Made by a program: the position numbers and the translations under genes
Source of the DNA: Candidatus Eiseniibacteriota bacterium
GTDB taxonomy: Bacteria > Eisenbacteria > RBG-16-71-46 > CAVPCR01
Reading direction: 5' to 3'
Assembly: GCA_963823555.1 (NCBI GenBank)
Contig: CAWGMA010000001.1
Coordinates: forward strand, 32,001-96,000
DNA length: 64,000 bases
Part shown: in pieces, positions 38,015-47,791 of the stretch
How the letters are laid out: each line of letters begins with the position of its first letter
How positions within the stretch are numbered: the stretch's first letter is position 1
Notes under the pieces: generated by a model
Seen by the model: the letters and a program-made list of their open reading frames with translations, nothing else
Told to the model about the DNA's origin: nothing
Database searches by the model: none

Positions 38015-39142
38015 CTAGCGGTACTTGAGTCCGGTGCCGGTGTTGAAGATGACCGTGCGCGTGCCGGAGCCGATCCATCCGTCGCGGCGCAGGTTCTGGA
38101 AGGCGGCCCAGGCCGCGCCCGCTTCGGGGCAGATGTCGAGACCCGTGGCCGCGGCCAGCGCGCGCGTGGCGGCGGGGATATCGTTCTCGGCGATGGCCAC
38201 TGCGGTGCCGTTCGTGTCGCGGAGCGCTCTGAGACAGATGAATCCCGCGATGGGCGAGGGCACGCGCAGGCCGTAGACCAGGGTCTCGGGGGTGGGCCAT
38301 GGCTCGGTGCGCTCGGCGCCGGCGAGGAAGGCGCGGACGATGGGCGCGCAGCCGGCGGTCTGTGCTGAGACCAGCCGCGGCCAGGGCCGCCCGATCCAGC
38401 CGAGTGCGGTCATCTCGCCGCATGCCTTCCACATGCCGACGAGCCCGGTGCCGCCGCCGGTCGGATAGACGATGACGTCGGGCAGCGTCCCATCCATCTG
38501 CTCGAAGAGCTCGTAGGCCATCGTCTTCTTGCCTTCGACGCGATAGGGCTCCTTGAGCGTGGAGACATCGAACGCATCCTCCGGCCCGCGATCACGCAGG
38601 AAGCGCCCGCAGTCGGCGATCGTTCCCGGGATCAGGTGCACGTCCGCTCCATAGAACCGGGACTCATCGATGAAGATCCGCGGGGTATCGGCGGGCATGG
38701 CGACCGCGACCGGCAGCCCGGCTGCCGCCCCATAGGCCGCGAGTGCCCCGGCGGCGTTGCCGGCGGAGGGTGCCTTGAGGCTCCGGGCGCCGAGAGCCCT
38801 GGCCATCGATACGGCAACGCTCATGCCACGGGCCTTGAACGAGCCGGTCGGATTCCGCGACTCATCCTTGATCCAGATCGTGTCGTCGATCTGGACGAGC
38901 GGCGTGAATCCCTCGACCAGGCTCACGGCGGCGGCGGGGGCGATGGGCAGCACCTCGTGGTAGCGCCAGAGGGAGGGCGGCCGTCCGGCGAGATCGGACG
39001 GCGCGAAGCCCGTGGAGTCGAGCCGGTAGTCGGCTCGCAGCGGGAGTCCGCACTCGTTGCAGACCGTGTTGAGCCGGTGCGGATCGTGCTCGACGCCGCA
39101 ATCGAAGCAGGTGAGGATCTGGAGTGCGGAGTTGATGGACAC
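38015..39142 (-). CDS. thrC: Threonine synthase-like PLP enzyme
   Basis: CxxC...CxxC N-terminus, SLWRY, EGFTPL, NPTGSFKARG (PLP Lys), SAGNA, EGKKTM, YPTGGGTG and FNTGTGLKY. GTG start at 39142. Confidence 0.88.
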   Translation of the reverse strand: MSINSALQILTCFDCGVEHDPHRLNTVCNECGLPLRADYRLDSTGFAPSDLAGRPPSLWRYHEVLPIAPAAAVSLVEGFTPLVQIDDTIWIKDESRNPTGSFKARGMSVAVSMARALGARSLKAPSAGNAAGALAAYGAAAGLPVAVAMPADTPRIFIDESRFYGADVHLIPGTIADCGRFLRDRGPEDAFDVSTLKEPYRVEGKKTMAYELFEQMDGTLPDVIVYPTGGGTGLVGMWKACGEMTALGWIGRPWPRLVSAQTAGCAPIVRAFLAGAERTEPWPTPETLVYGLRVPSPIAGFICLRALRDTNGTAVAIAENDIPAATRALAAATGLDICPEAGAAWAAFQNLRRDGWIGSGTRTVIFNTGTGLKYR

Positions 39143-39334
39143 GGGTGCCCCTCGCTGGATCGGCCCGGTGAGTGGAGCAGCATAGCAGGGCGCCGCTTTC
39201 GGTGCCATCGCTCCGGATCGGGCGCGGATCCGGGCCGGCTCATGTAGAATCCGCATCGCAGCGCGGGCCCGGACCGTTCGCTGATCGTGCCGCGGCCCGT
39301 GACATCGACCGGCGCCGAGAGAGGGATATTCCGC

Positions 39335-40225
39335 ATGAGCGAGCGCGACACTGTTTTCGATCCAGATGCGCAGAAAATGACGTCGGCGCCGCGGCCGCCG
39401 GCCGGAACCTATCTTCGTCCCGATCTGTTCAACGGCCAGAGCGCGCTGGTCACGGGTGGTGGAACCGGACTGGGGCTCGAGATCTCCCGGGCGCTGGCAT
39501 CGCTCGGGGCGCGGGTGGCGATCGCGAGTCGAGATCCCGCGCATCATGAGCCGTTTCTGGCGGCGGCGGCCGCCGCCGGCTGGACCGCCCGCGCCGACGT
39601 GCTCGATGTCCGCGATGCCCGCCAGGTGCGCCGGGTCGTGGAGGCGATCGCGGCGGATTGGAACGGGCTCGATCTCCTGATCAACAATGCCGCCGGCAAT
39701 TTCGTGCGGCCCGCGCTGCGCTTGCCGCCGCGGGCCTGGCAGTCCGTGATCGATATCGCTCTCTCCGGGGTCTTCTACTGCTCCCAGGCTGCCGCTCGGG
39801 TCATGGGTGCGGGGGGGCGCGGTGGGGCGATCCTCAACGTGGTCGCGCCGTATGCGTGGAGCGGGTGTCCGGGGGTCGTGCACTCGGCGGCCGCCAAGGC
39901 CGGCGTTCTCGCCCTCACGTACACGCTGGCCGTGGAGTGGGCGCCGCTCGGGATCCGGGTCAACGCGGTGGCCCCGGGTCCCTTCGGTAGCCAGGGCGCC
40001 GAGAGTCGGCTGTGGCCGAGCGCCGAGATGGAGGAGCGGGTCCGGGCGCAGATCCCCGCCGGACGCTTCGGCGAGGCCCGGGAAGTGGCGGACGCGGCGC
40101 TCTATCTGCTCTCGCCCGCTGCAGAGTATGTCACCGGATCCTGCCTCACCGTCGACGGCGGGTGGTGGTTGGGGAAGGGGCTGTTCGGAGCGGGGGAGGT
40201 GACCAAGGTCGAGCGCCGCCGATAG
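39335..40225 (+). CDS. SDR oxidoreductase, 2,4-dienoyl-CoA reductase-like
   Basis: VTGGGTGLG, INNAAGNF, HSAAAKAG (His in place of the Tyr of YxxxK, typical of this subgroup), VNAVAPG and VDGG. Confidence 0.9.
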   Translation: MSERDTVFDPDAQKMTSAPRPPAGTYLRPDLFNGQSALVTGGGTGLGLEISRALASLGARVAIASRDPAHHEPFLAAAAAAGWTARADVLDVRDARQVRRVVEAIAADWNGLDLLINNAAGNFVRPALRLPPRAWQSVIDIALSGVFYCSQAAARVMGAGGRGGAILNVVAPYAWSGCPGVVHSAAAKAGVLALTYTLAVEWAPLGIRVNAVAPGPFGSQGAESRLWPSAEMEERVRAQIPAGRFGEAREVADAALYLLSPAAEYVTGSCLTVDGGWWLGKGLFGAGEVTKVERRR

Positions 40226-40265
40226 CTGTGTATAGACGCAGATTGTTGTCAAGGACTGGAAAGGA

Positions 40266-41033
40266 TCAGCCGGCGAGGGTGCGTCCGCCGAGGAGGATCA
40301 CCACCACCGCGAAGGCGATCACGCTCGCCAGCTCCTCGAGACCGATGGTCCTCAGCGCCCGCTCCGCCCGGTGATCGCGGACCAGTCGCAGGAAGCCGAT
40401 AGCCAGGATGGGAAGGAGGGCCGCCACCAGCCGGGGATCGAGGCCCAGGGCGACGATCGCGATTCCCCACAGCCCGAACGCGAACGCGGTGGCTGCGAGC
40501 GGCAAGGCAGGGGAGACGGCGCGTGCGGCCCGCCCGGCGATATGGGTCCGTACCAGAGCGAGCCGGACACCGAAGAAGCCGATGTAGAGTAGATAGAGGG
40601 CCACAGCCGGGCGCTCGGCCACGCCGCCGGCGAGGAGAAGCGTGGGCAGGGAGAGGCCGAGAAGGCCCATCCCGAGCACCTCGCGCGACGCTGGACGGCC
40701 GAGCAGCTTGAACGGCGGGAGCAGGCGGGCCAGCGCGAGAACGCCGCCGGCGGCGACGGGGAAGACGAGATCGGGGAGTGCCAGGTGTCCAAGAGAGAGG
40801 GCCAGGAGCGCGAAACCGGCCAGGCCATAACCGGCGATCCAGAAGGGGAGCGTCCGGCGCACCTGCCGGGTCACGCTTCCCGGTTCGAGGCAACCCAGCG
40901 CCAGGAAGGCGAAGAGGATCGCGCCGGCGAGCGGCAGGCGGGTGGGCGTGGCCGGAGCGAGCGCGAACCCGGGCCCCAGGGCGGCGCCGAGGAGGCCCCA
41001 GGCCCCATGGAAACGCGGCAGCGGGATCGTCAT
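40266..41033 (-). CDS. YwiC-like membrane protein
   Basis: N-terminal PRFHGAWGLL, multiple TM segments and C-terminal RTIGLEE. Start could be 41045. Confidence 0.65.
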   Translation of the reverse strand: MTIPLPRFHGAWGLLGAALGPGFALAPATPTRLPLAGAILFAFLALGCLEPGSVTRQVRRTLPFWIAGYGLAGFALLALSLGHLALPDLVFPVAAGGVLALARLLPPFKLLGRPASREVLGMGLLGLSLPTLLLAGGVAERPAVALYLLYIGFFGVRLALVRTHIAGRAARAVSPALPLAATAFAFGLWGIAIVALGLDPRLVAALLPILAIGFLRLVRDHRAERALRTIGLEELASVIAFAVVVILLGGRTLAG

Positions 41034-41116
41034 GACGGGCGCCATTGTCGCAGAGGGAGAGGCTCCTCGCACGCGGCTTCCCGGGCAGCGCGCGCGCCGG
41101 GACCGGGAGGCGGGCC

Positions 41117-42232
41117 ATGAATCGGCATACCATTCCCGTCGGCCGCATCCTCGGCATCCCGATCACACTCGACATCTCGTGGTTCCTCGTCTTCGTGCTC
41201 TTCACCTGGATGCTTGCGGGGAGCTACTTCCCCGAGGAGTTTCCGGGATGGCCGGCGGCGCAGTACTGGGTGGTGGCGGCGGTGACCGCTCTTCTCCTCT
41301 ATGTCTGTGTTGTTCTTCACGAGCTGGGGCATTCCGTCGTGGCGATGCATTTCCGCACCCGGGTCAGGAGCATCAACCTCTTCGTGTTCGGGGGTGTGGC
41401 TCAGCTCGAAGGTGAACCACCGAGCGCGCACGCAGAGTTCTGGATTGCGATCGCCGGACCGATCGTGAGCTTCGCCCTGGCCCTCGTGTTCCTTGCCGCC
41501 GAGCGCAACCTGGCCCCGGTTCCAGCCCTCTTCGCCGCGGCGAAGTACCTCGCCCTGATCAACGGCTCGCTCGCCGTCTTCAACCTGATTCCGGGATTCC
41601 CGCTCGACGGCGGTCGCGTCTTTCGCGCCATCGTCTGGGCGGTGCGGAAGGATTTTCAGCAAGCAACGCTGGTCGCGGCCGGTGTCGGCCGTTTCATTGC
41701 CTTTCTCTTCATTCTTGGCGGCGTGTTCCTCATGTTCAGCGGGAACCTGGGCGGCGGCTTGTGGATCGCCTTCATCGGCTGGTTTCTCGACTCGGCTGCC
41801 GTCATGCAGGTGCACCATGTCCTGGTTCGCGGGCTTCTGGCCGGGCATCGTGTCGCCGATGCTCTGAGTCGAGACTATGTCTACGTCCCGGATGATCTGG
41901 TTCTCCAGGAACTCATCGACAACCACATCCTGGGTGGACGCCGCGCCTTCATCGTCAAGCGCGGCGATGACATCGTCGGGTTGCTGACCCTGCACCACAT
42001 GCAGCGCGTGGCGCGCGAGGCATGGCCCGGGACAACCGTAGGCGCCGTCATGATTCCCATCGCCGAGGTCAAGTCGGTGGAGCCGGAATCGGGGCTGGAT
42101 GAGGCCCTCGAGCTCATGGATCGGTCAGGTGTGAACCAGCTTCCGGTGATGACTCGCGGCCGCATGGTGGGCATGCTGAGCCGCGAGGATCTGATCAGCT
42201 TCCTGCGGCATCTGAAGACCCGAGCCCGTTGA
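41117..42232 (+). CDS. Site-2 (M50) metalloprotease with tandem CBS domains
   Basis: LHELGH, IAIAGP and FNLIPGFPLDGGR motifs; two C-terminal CBS repeats. Confidence 0.95.
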   Translation: MNRHTIPVGRILGIPITLDISWFLVFVLFTWMLAGSYFPEEFPGWPAAQYWVVAAVTALLLYVCVVLHELGHSVVAMHFRTRVRSINLFVFGGVAQLEGEPPSAHAEFWIAIAGPIVSFALALVFLAAERNLAPVPALFAAAKYLALINGSLAVFNLIPGFPLDGGRVFRAIVWAVRKDFQQATLVAAGVGRFIAFLFILGGVFLMFSGNLGGGLWIAFIGWFLDSAAVMQVHHVLVRGLLAGHRVADALSRDYVYVPDDLVLQELIDNHILGGRRAFIVKRGDDIVGLLTLHHMQRVAREAWPGTTVGAVMIPIAEVKSVEPESGLDEALELMDRSGVNQLPVMTRGRMVGMLSREDLISFLRHLKTRAR

Positions 42233-42304
42233 CCGGAGCCGCGGGATTCCAGCTCGCTTGCCCGCCTGCCGGGGCGTGGGCCGCCCGCGGTGTGCTGGAT
42301 GCTC

Positions 42305-43111
42305 CTAGTGACGGCGGGCGGCCAGGGCGGCCGCGAAGGCACTGGAGGTCGCGCACTCGAGCTGGGCGTCGGCCTCGGCTCCCAGTGCCTCGGCCAGGCT
42401 CCGGAATCCGCTCTCCCGCACCAGGTGCCGGGCCAGGCGAGCCGCAGGCCGCGGTGTGGCGGCCAGGCGGCCGGCCAGTTCCCGTGCGGTGGCGACGAGA
42501 TCCTCGGGAGCGACAACGCGATTGAGGAGCCCGGCATCGAACGCCGATTGGGCGTCGAGCGCTTCCCCGAGGAGGATCATCTCCAGGGCGCGCCCGGTGC
42601 CGATGAGGCGTGGCAGGTGGTAGGTCCCGCCCCCGTCGGGGACGAGGCCCATGTTGACGAAGGCCGAGGCGATCTTCACCCGGTTCGTGGCCACGCGGAG
42701 ATCGCAAGCCAGGGCCAGATCGAGACCGGCTCCGGTGGCGAATCCGTTCATGACAGCGAGCGTCGGTGCTGCAAAGTCGCTCAGCCGGCGAATCACTCGC
42801 TGGAAGAGCGGGAGCAGGGTGAGGAAGCGGAGCCTCCGGGATTGGGCATCTCCCGCATCGAGGGTGCCGAGATCGGCACCGAAGCAGAAGGCCCGACCCG
42901 CACCGGCGATGACGAGCGTCTTCACGCGCTCCACCCGGGCTTCCGGCTCCAGCCGCGCAATGGCCTGGTCGAGAGTGGTGAGAAGCGCTTCATCGAGTGC
43001 ATTGAGCGCCCGGGGCCGATTCAGCGTGAGCCAGACGATCTCACCGTCGCGCGTCTCGAGGAGCACCTCTTCCGCCTGCACCTTGCCGCCTGTCGATTCT
43101 TTCACCGCCAT
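42305..43111 (-). CDS. Enoyl-CoA hydratase/isomerase (crotonase), PaaG-like subgroup
   Basis: LNRPRALNAL, AFCFGADL, GAGLDLALACDLR and GLVPDGGG. The canonical catalytic Glu pair is absent. Confidence 0.88.
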   Translation of the reverse strand: MAVKESTGGKVQAEEVLLETRDGEIVWLTLNRPRALNALDEALLTTLDQAIARLEPEARVERVKTLVIAGAGRAFCFGADLGTLDAGDAQSRRLRFLTLLPLFQRVIRRLSDFAAPTLAVMNGFATGAGLDLALACDLRVATNRVKIASAFVNMGLVPDGGGTYHLPRLIGTGRALEMILLGEALDAQSAFDAGLLNRVVAPEDLVATARELAGRLAATPRPAARLARHLVRESGFRSLAEALGAEADAQLECATSSAFAAALAARRH

Positions 43112-43112
43112 C

Positions 43113-43526
43113 TCAGATCCTCTGGTGATCAAGACGCCCCAATCGGTTCTCGATCTCGAGCGCACCGCCGAACAGGAACTCGATGCCGATCAGGTGGCCG
43201 GCACCGTCGAAGTCGAGGATGGCATCCCAGGGCAACACGCTCGCCGGTTCCTCGAGTGCCCAGCGGAAGGTCAACACGTTGCGCCGTTCATCGTGCTCCG
43301 TCGTGATCTCGGGAGCGTTCTTGCGCACGTGGGTGAGAGCCGGTACCAGATCGATGACCGTTCCATCGGGCATCGGCTCGATGATCTCGAAGCCGATCCA
43401 TTGATGCTCTACATCGAAAAGCATGCGCATCGGTACTTCGGGCAGCGAGCGCTCGGCCACGCCCGGATTGACCGTCGTGAAGTAGATGTAGAGGTCCTTG
43501 CCCTCTGGGCTGTACGTCACCACCAT
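43113..43526 (-). CDS. Small protein with two DUF2283-like repeats
   Basis: GAGGAG RBS; MVVTYSPEGKDLYIYF...FDVEHQWIGFEII and a second copy ...LDFDGAGHLIGIEFL. This is the real 3' part of track ORF 43113..44975. Confidence 0.65.
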   Translation of the reverse strand: MVVTYSPEGKDLYIYFTTVNPGVAERSLPEVPMRMLFDVEHQWIGFEIIEPMPDGTVIDLVPALTHVRKNAPEITTEHDERRNVLTFRWALEEPASVLPWDAILDFDGAGHLIGIEFLFGGALEIENRLGRLDHQRI

Positions 43527-43742
43527 CGGCCGCTCCTCGGCCTCCCCCGCGAGGCCTGGCCCCTGGTCCGCTTCTCTGGTCAAATGTGCTCGAGCAAGAG
43601 CAAGGTAGCGGGTTCTCGGCGCCCTGAGAACCGGAAAGATGCCGGGCATGAGCTGAGAGTCCTCATGACATCGGGGGCCTTGATGCGTGGTAGGATACGA
43701 GCCGACGCCCCCCCGAGCTCCACGTAACCACGGCCATCCATC

Positions 43743-46640
43743 ATGATTCGAGCGTTCAGTTCCGCCCGCATTCTCGTCATGCCGGTTCTCTTGACCGCCG
43801 GGATCCTGCTGCCCGCCGCCCCCGCCGGGAGCGATCAGGCGACCGGTCGCACGGCGATCGCCGAGGCCCGGATGGAGATCCGCCACGGTCGGGAGAGCGC
43901 CGCGCTTCGTCTCCTTGCTCCGCTCTTCGGTGATCCCGTGGTCGGTGGCGAGGCGGGCGGTGCGGCCCTCTGGGCCATGCGCCAGGCCGGTCAGTGGAAT
44001 GAGCTCCGGGCCCTCGCGGCGTCGGTTCCGCCCGATGCGGATCCGCGGCTCGTGGGGAGGGCCGCCGAGTCGCTGGCAGACCTGGGTGATGATGCAATGG
44101 CCGAGTCGCTGCTGGAACAGGCCCTGGCCATTCACAAGGAAGCCAGTCCCCCGTATCAGGTTCCGCTCCACGTCGCCCGCGGTTACATCGCCGAAGGTCG
44201 CGGTGAGCGCGCCCGGGCCCGAGCCGCGTACGCCCTGGCGCCTGCCGGCGCTCCCGACTCCCTGCCGGACACGTTCTCTTCGCCGCTCGGCGCGGCCCGG
44301 GTTCTGGCGCCCGCCGATTCCGCAGCACCCGGCCCCAAGCTGGATCTCGATGCCGCACAAAGGGCCGATGCGATCGTGCTCGCCGGTCGTGCTGCCCGGG
44401 GGCGCGGCGAGTTTCAGGAGGCCAAGAATCTCTTCGAGCGAGCGCGAGAGATCGATCCGGGCCATGAAGAGGCACCTCTGGTGCTGGCCGCCCTTCTTCT
44501 GGAGAAGCACGAGACGCAGCTGGCGCGCACGGCCTTGCGCTCGACTCTTGGGGCCAACCCCCGGAACGCCGATGCCGGCCTCTTGCTCGCGCGCACGCAT
44601 CTTGCCGATGGGCGCTATCGAGAAGTCGAGGCTACCAGCCAGAAGGTGCTCGCCATCGACGCCCATCACCCGGGAGCGCTCGAGCTCCTGGCCATGCTCG
44701 ACCTGGCTGATGGGGACCTGGATGCCGCCGAGGAGCGCATCAGCGCCGCCCTGGCCGTGGTTCCCGAGAGGCGCTCCATGCTCGCGCTCCGGGCCGGGCT
44801 TCGTGTCCAGAGCGGAGAACGGGCCCGTGGCGAGCGTGAGATCGAGACCATCCTGGCCGCGGCACCGAGCTATGCCGATGCCTACTACATCGTCGGCGGT
44901 TGTCTCGATCGGTTGCGACGCTACCGCGAGGCGGCGGAGTTCTACGAACGAGCGCTGGTCATCGATCCCGAGCATGCTGCTGCCGCCAATGCGCTCGGTC
45001 TGTCGGCGATGCGTGATGGTCGCGAGGAGGACGCGGCCAGGTGGCTCGATCGCGGATTCGCCCTCGATTCATTCAACATCCGCACCTACAACATGCGGCT
45101 CCTGCTGAAGAAGCTCGAAACCTATCACCGGTTCGAAACCCCGCATTTCATCCTGAAGCTCGATGAGCAGGACCTCGCGCTGGCGCCGCTCCTCGGCTCG
45201 TACATGGAGGAAGTCCATGCCGACCTCTGCGCCCGCTTCGGTTTCCAGCCCGAGCGCAAGACGACGATCGAGATCTTCTCCGAACCCGATCTCCTGTCCG
45301 CGCGCCTGATCGGCCTGCCGGGTATCGAGGGCATTCCCGGCGCTTGCTTCGGACCGGTCATCGCCATGGACTCGCCGCGATTGTGGAACGGGAAGATCAA
45401 CTGGCGAACCGTGGCGCGCCACGAGTTCGGCCACGTGCTCGCGCTCACCGAAACCGAGAAGCAGGTCCCTTTCTGGTTCACGGAGGGGCTCTCCGTTGTG
45501 CTCGAAGGTTACCCGCCCTCGATCGCCGGCGACCGTGTCGCTCGCTGGGCCCTGCTCGAGGATGAGCTCATTCCCTTCACCGAGCTCAATCACGGCTTCA
45601 CCAGGCCGAAGACCCCGCTGCATCGCACGCTCGCCTACTATCAGTCGTCGTTCGCGGTGCGGCGCCTCATCGACCGCTACGGCTTCGATGCCGTACTCGG
45701 TCTCCTCGATGAGTATGCCGCCGGGAGCACCAACGCCGAGGCCATCGCCAACCGCTTCCACATCACCGAGGCCGAATGGGCGGCTGATGTCGACCAGGCG
45801 ATCCGAGCCCATGTCATGACGCTACCGGTGTGGGCGCTCGGATCCGGTGAACGACTCACCGAGCGCGTGCACGAGGCGGAAGCCAGACCAGGGGATCTCG
45901 ACGCTCGCACGCGCATGGCCGAGGAGTGGTTCCAGTCGGGGGAGCTCGAGACCGCGGTCAGCGAGGCGCTTGCCGTGCTCGAAGCCGACTCGACCCAGAC
46001 CGAGGCCCGGCTCCTCCTCGGTCATGCCCTCATGCTCGAGGGCGATTTTGCCGGCGCTGCCCAGCATCTCGGGCGTCTACTCGATCGCCACCCGGTGAAC
46101 TACCTCGTCGTTCGCGACCTCGGCATCATCTATGCCGAGCTGGGCGAGGATGAGGCCGCGATCGCATACCTCACGGAAGCGATCCGCGCCTATCCCGTGG
46201 ATCCCGAGCCCTATCGGAAGCTCGCCGCCGTCCATGAGCGGGCCGGGGAGTTCAAGAAGGCGGTACATGTCCTGGCCGAGCTGGCGGCGGTGGAGGAGGC
46301 TCCGAGCGATGACCTCGCGGCCCTGGCTGCGCTCTGCCGGGAGCAGGGGCTCCGGGACGAGGAAGCGGCGGCACTCGAGCAGAACCTCGCCGTGCGCCCG
46401 TTCGATCGGGATACGGTGAGCCGGCTCGCGAACCTCTATCGCGAGACGGGGGACGCCGCGCTCGCCGTACGCACCTACGAGGTGCTGTGCCTCCTCGATC
46501 CGGACAGCGTGGAGGCGCACACCGTCCTGGTCGAGCTCGCCCTGGCTCACGGACCACAGGAAACCGCCCGGCGCTATGCCGGGCGGCTCCAGGAGCTCGA
46601 TCCAGCGAACGACCTGGCCCGGCGCGTCCTCACCCAGTGA
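43743..46640 (+). CDS. Secreted TPR-repeat protein with central peptidase MA-like (gluzincin) domain
   Basis: Signal peptide, TPR repeats on both sides, ARHEFGHV and PFWFTEGLS, LAYYQS. Confidence 0.85.
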   Translation: MIRAFSSARILVMPVLLTAGILLPAAPAGSDQATGRTAIAEARMEIRHGRESAALRLLAPLFGDPVVGGEAGGAALWAMRQAGQWNELRALAASVPPDADPRLVGRAAESLADLGDDAMAESLLEQALAIHKEASPPYQVPLHVARGYIAEGRGERARARAAYALAPAGAPDSLPDTFSSPLGAARVLAPADSAAPGPKLDLDAAQRADAIVLAGRAARGRGEFQEAKNLFERAREIDPGHEEAPLVLAALLLEKHETQLARTALRSTLGANPRNADAGLLLARTHLADGRYREVEATSQKVLAIDAHHPGALELLAMLDLADGDLDAAEERISAALAVVPERRSMLALRAGLRVQSGERARGEREIETILAAAPSYADAYYIVGGCLDRLRRYREAAEFYERALVIDPEHAAAANALGLSAMRDGREEDAARWLDRGFALDSFNIRTYNMRLLLKKLETYHRFETPHFILKLDEQDLALAPLLGSYMEEVHADLCARFGFQPERKTTIEIFSEPDLLSARLIGLPGIEGIPGACFGPVIAMDSPRLWNGKINWRTVARHEFGHVLALTETEKQVPFWFTEGLSVVLEGYPPSIAGDRVARWALLEDELIPFTELNHGFTRPKTPLHRTLAYYQSSFAVRRLIDRYGFDAVLGLLDEYAAGSTNAEAIANRFHITEAEWAADVDQAIRAHVMTLPVWALGSGERLTERVHEAEARPGDLDARTRMAEEWFQSGELETAVSEALAVLEADSTQTEARLLLGHALMLEGDFAGAAQHLGRLLDRHPVNYLVVRDLGIIYAELGEDEAAIAYLTEAIRAYPVDPEPYRKLAAVHERAGEFKKAVHVLAELAAVEEAPSDDLAALAALCREQGLRDEEAAALEQNLAVRPFDRDTVSRLANLYRETGDAALAVRTYEVLCLLDPDSVEAHTVLVELALAHGPQETARRYAGRLQELDPANDLARRVLTQ

Positions 46641-46670
46641 GAGACGGGGCGCGCCGCGAGTTCAATCGGA

Positions 46671-47522
46671 CTACGGCTCCTTGAGTTGGGCGGCCAGGAA
46701 CGCCTGCACTTCCTTCCAGGCCGCGCCGGCGTTCTTCTGGTCGTAGTTGCCGCTCGACGGGTTGGCGAAGGCGTGATCGGCGTCGTAGCGCAGGATCTGA
46801 TGCGAAACTCCAGCCAAGGTGAGGGCGGCGTCGAAATCGTTGACCGTGGCCGCGGGAATGCTCTCGTCGCGATTGCCGAAGATGCCCAGAACATCCGCCT
46901 TGATCAGCTTGACCTGATCGGCCTCGGTCACCAGGCGCCCATAGTAGATCACGGCGGCATCCAGCTGTGACGCATGGAGCGCCAGTTGCAGGGACATGCC
47001 GCCACCGAAGCACCAGCCGATGGATGCCATGCGCTCGGCCTGGACGCGCGGATCGGTGGTCAGGAAGTAGAGCGCGCCCAGCATGATGTCGAGGGCCTGC
47101 TTGTCATCCACCGCGCGCATATAGGCCATCGCCGAGTCGGCGGTGGCGGCCACCTTGCCGCCGTAGAGATCCACGGCCAGCGCTGCGTAGCCTTCGGCGG
47201 CCAGGCGATCGGTCCAGTGCTTGATGTGGTCGTTGAGTCCCCACCACTCGTGGATGACGATGATGCCGGGAAGCGGAGCCTTGGCCTGCGGCGGGAGGCT
47301 CAGGTAGGCGTGACCGCCGGCGAGATCGATCATCTCACCCTTGGCTGCCGGCGCCTTCTCGGTCGTGAGGCTGTGCAATGCCTTGAACTCCTCCTCGGAG
47401 ACCGAGCCGGTGAGGCCGCCGTATCCGACGTGTTCCGTCTGGGCCTCGCTGGCGGGAGGCCACGATCCGATGGCGCCCAGGGTGAGCGCGGCAAGCAAAC
47501 CATACCGGAACATAGCGTGCAT
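46671..47522 (-). CDS. Exported dienelactone hydrolase family protein
   Basis: GGAGGT RBS, signal peptide, IHEWWGLN, nucleophile motif GWCFGGG, IYYG and DHAFAN. Confidence 0.92.
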   Translation of the reverse strand: MHAMFRYGLLAALTLGAIGSWPPASEAQTEHVGYGGLTGSVSEEEFKALHSLTTEKAPAAKGEMIDLAGGHAYLSLPPQAKAPLPGIIVIHEWWGLNDHIKHWTDRLAAEGYAALAVDLYGGKVAATADSAMAYMRAVDDKQALDIMLGALYFLTTDPRVQAERMASIGWCFGGGMSLQLALHASQLDAAVIYYGRLVTEADQVKLIKADVLGIFGNRDESIPAATVNDFDAALTLAGVSHQILRYDADHAFANPSSGNYDQKNAGAAWKEVQAFLAAQLKEP

Positions 47523-47791
47523 CTCATTTACCTCCGGTCGATCAAGGGCGCCTGGCGGCGGCTCCTCGGCGGGACTCAGGTGGATCCAAGCTGACTGAGA
47601 TCGCATGGTATCACGGGCCGAGGGAGTTCGGGGTCGCGACGGGGCGGACCGCATGCTAGCCTCATTGGCGGCCGCGTCCAGGACGCAAGGACGGCGCCGC
47701 CCTGGAACGCCGGTCTCCCCGGCGTCTCGTTCCCGGATCCGTTCCCGACCTCAACCTTCACTCCGCCCCGTTTGTGGGCTTCGAGGCTGTC

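Noticed and set aside
38015..40252. 745-aa ORF as a threonine synthase fusion
   Set aside because: The N-terminal 370 aa are the antisense shadow of the SDR gene. The real gene starts near 39142.
40266..41033. YwiC-like gene as evidence of a nitrate reductase cluster
   Set aside because: No nar, nap or nir genes are present in the window.
43611..43667. Two hairpins containing CTGAGA, as a possible TPP riboswitch
   Set aside because: The remaining TPP core elements are missing and the neighbours are unrelated to thiamine.
43527..44975. N-terminal part of the 620-aa minus-strand ORF
   Set aside because: Antisense shadow of the TPR-peptidase gene.
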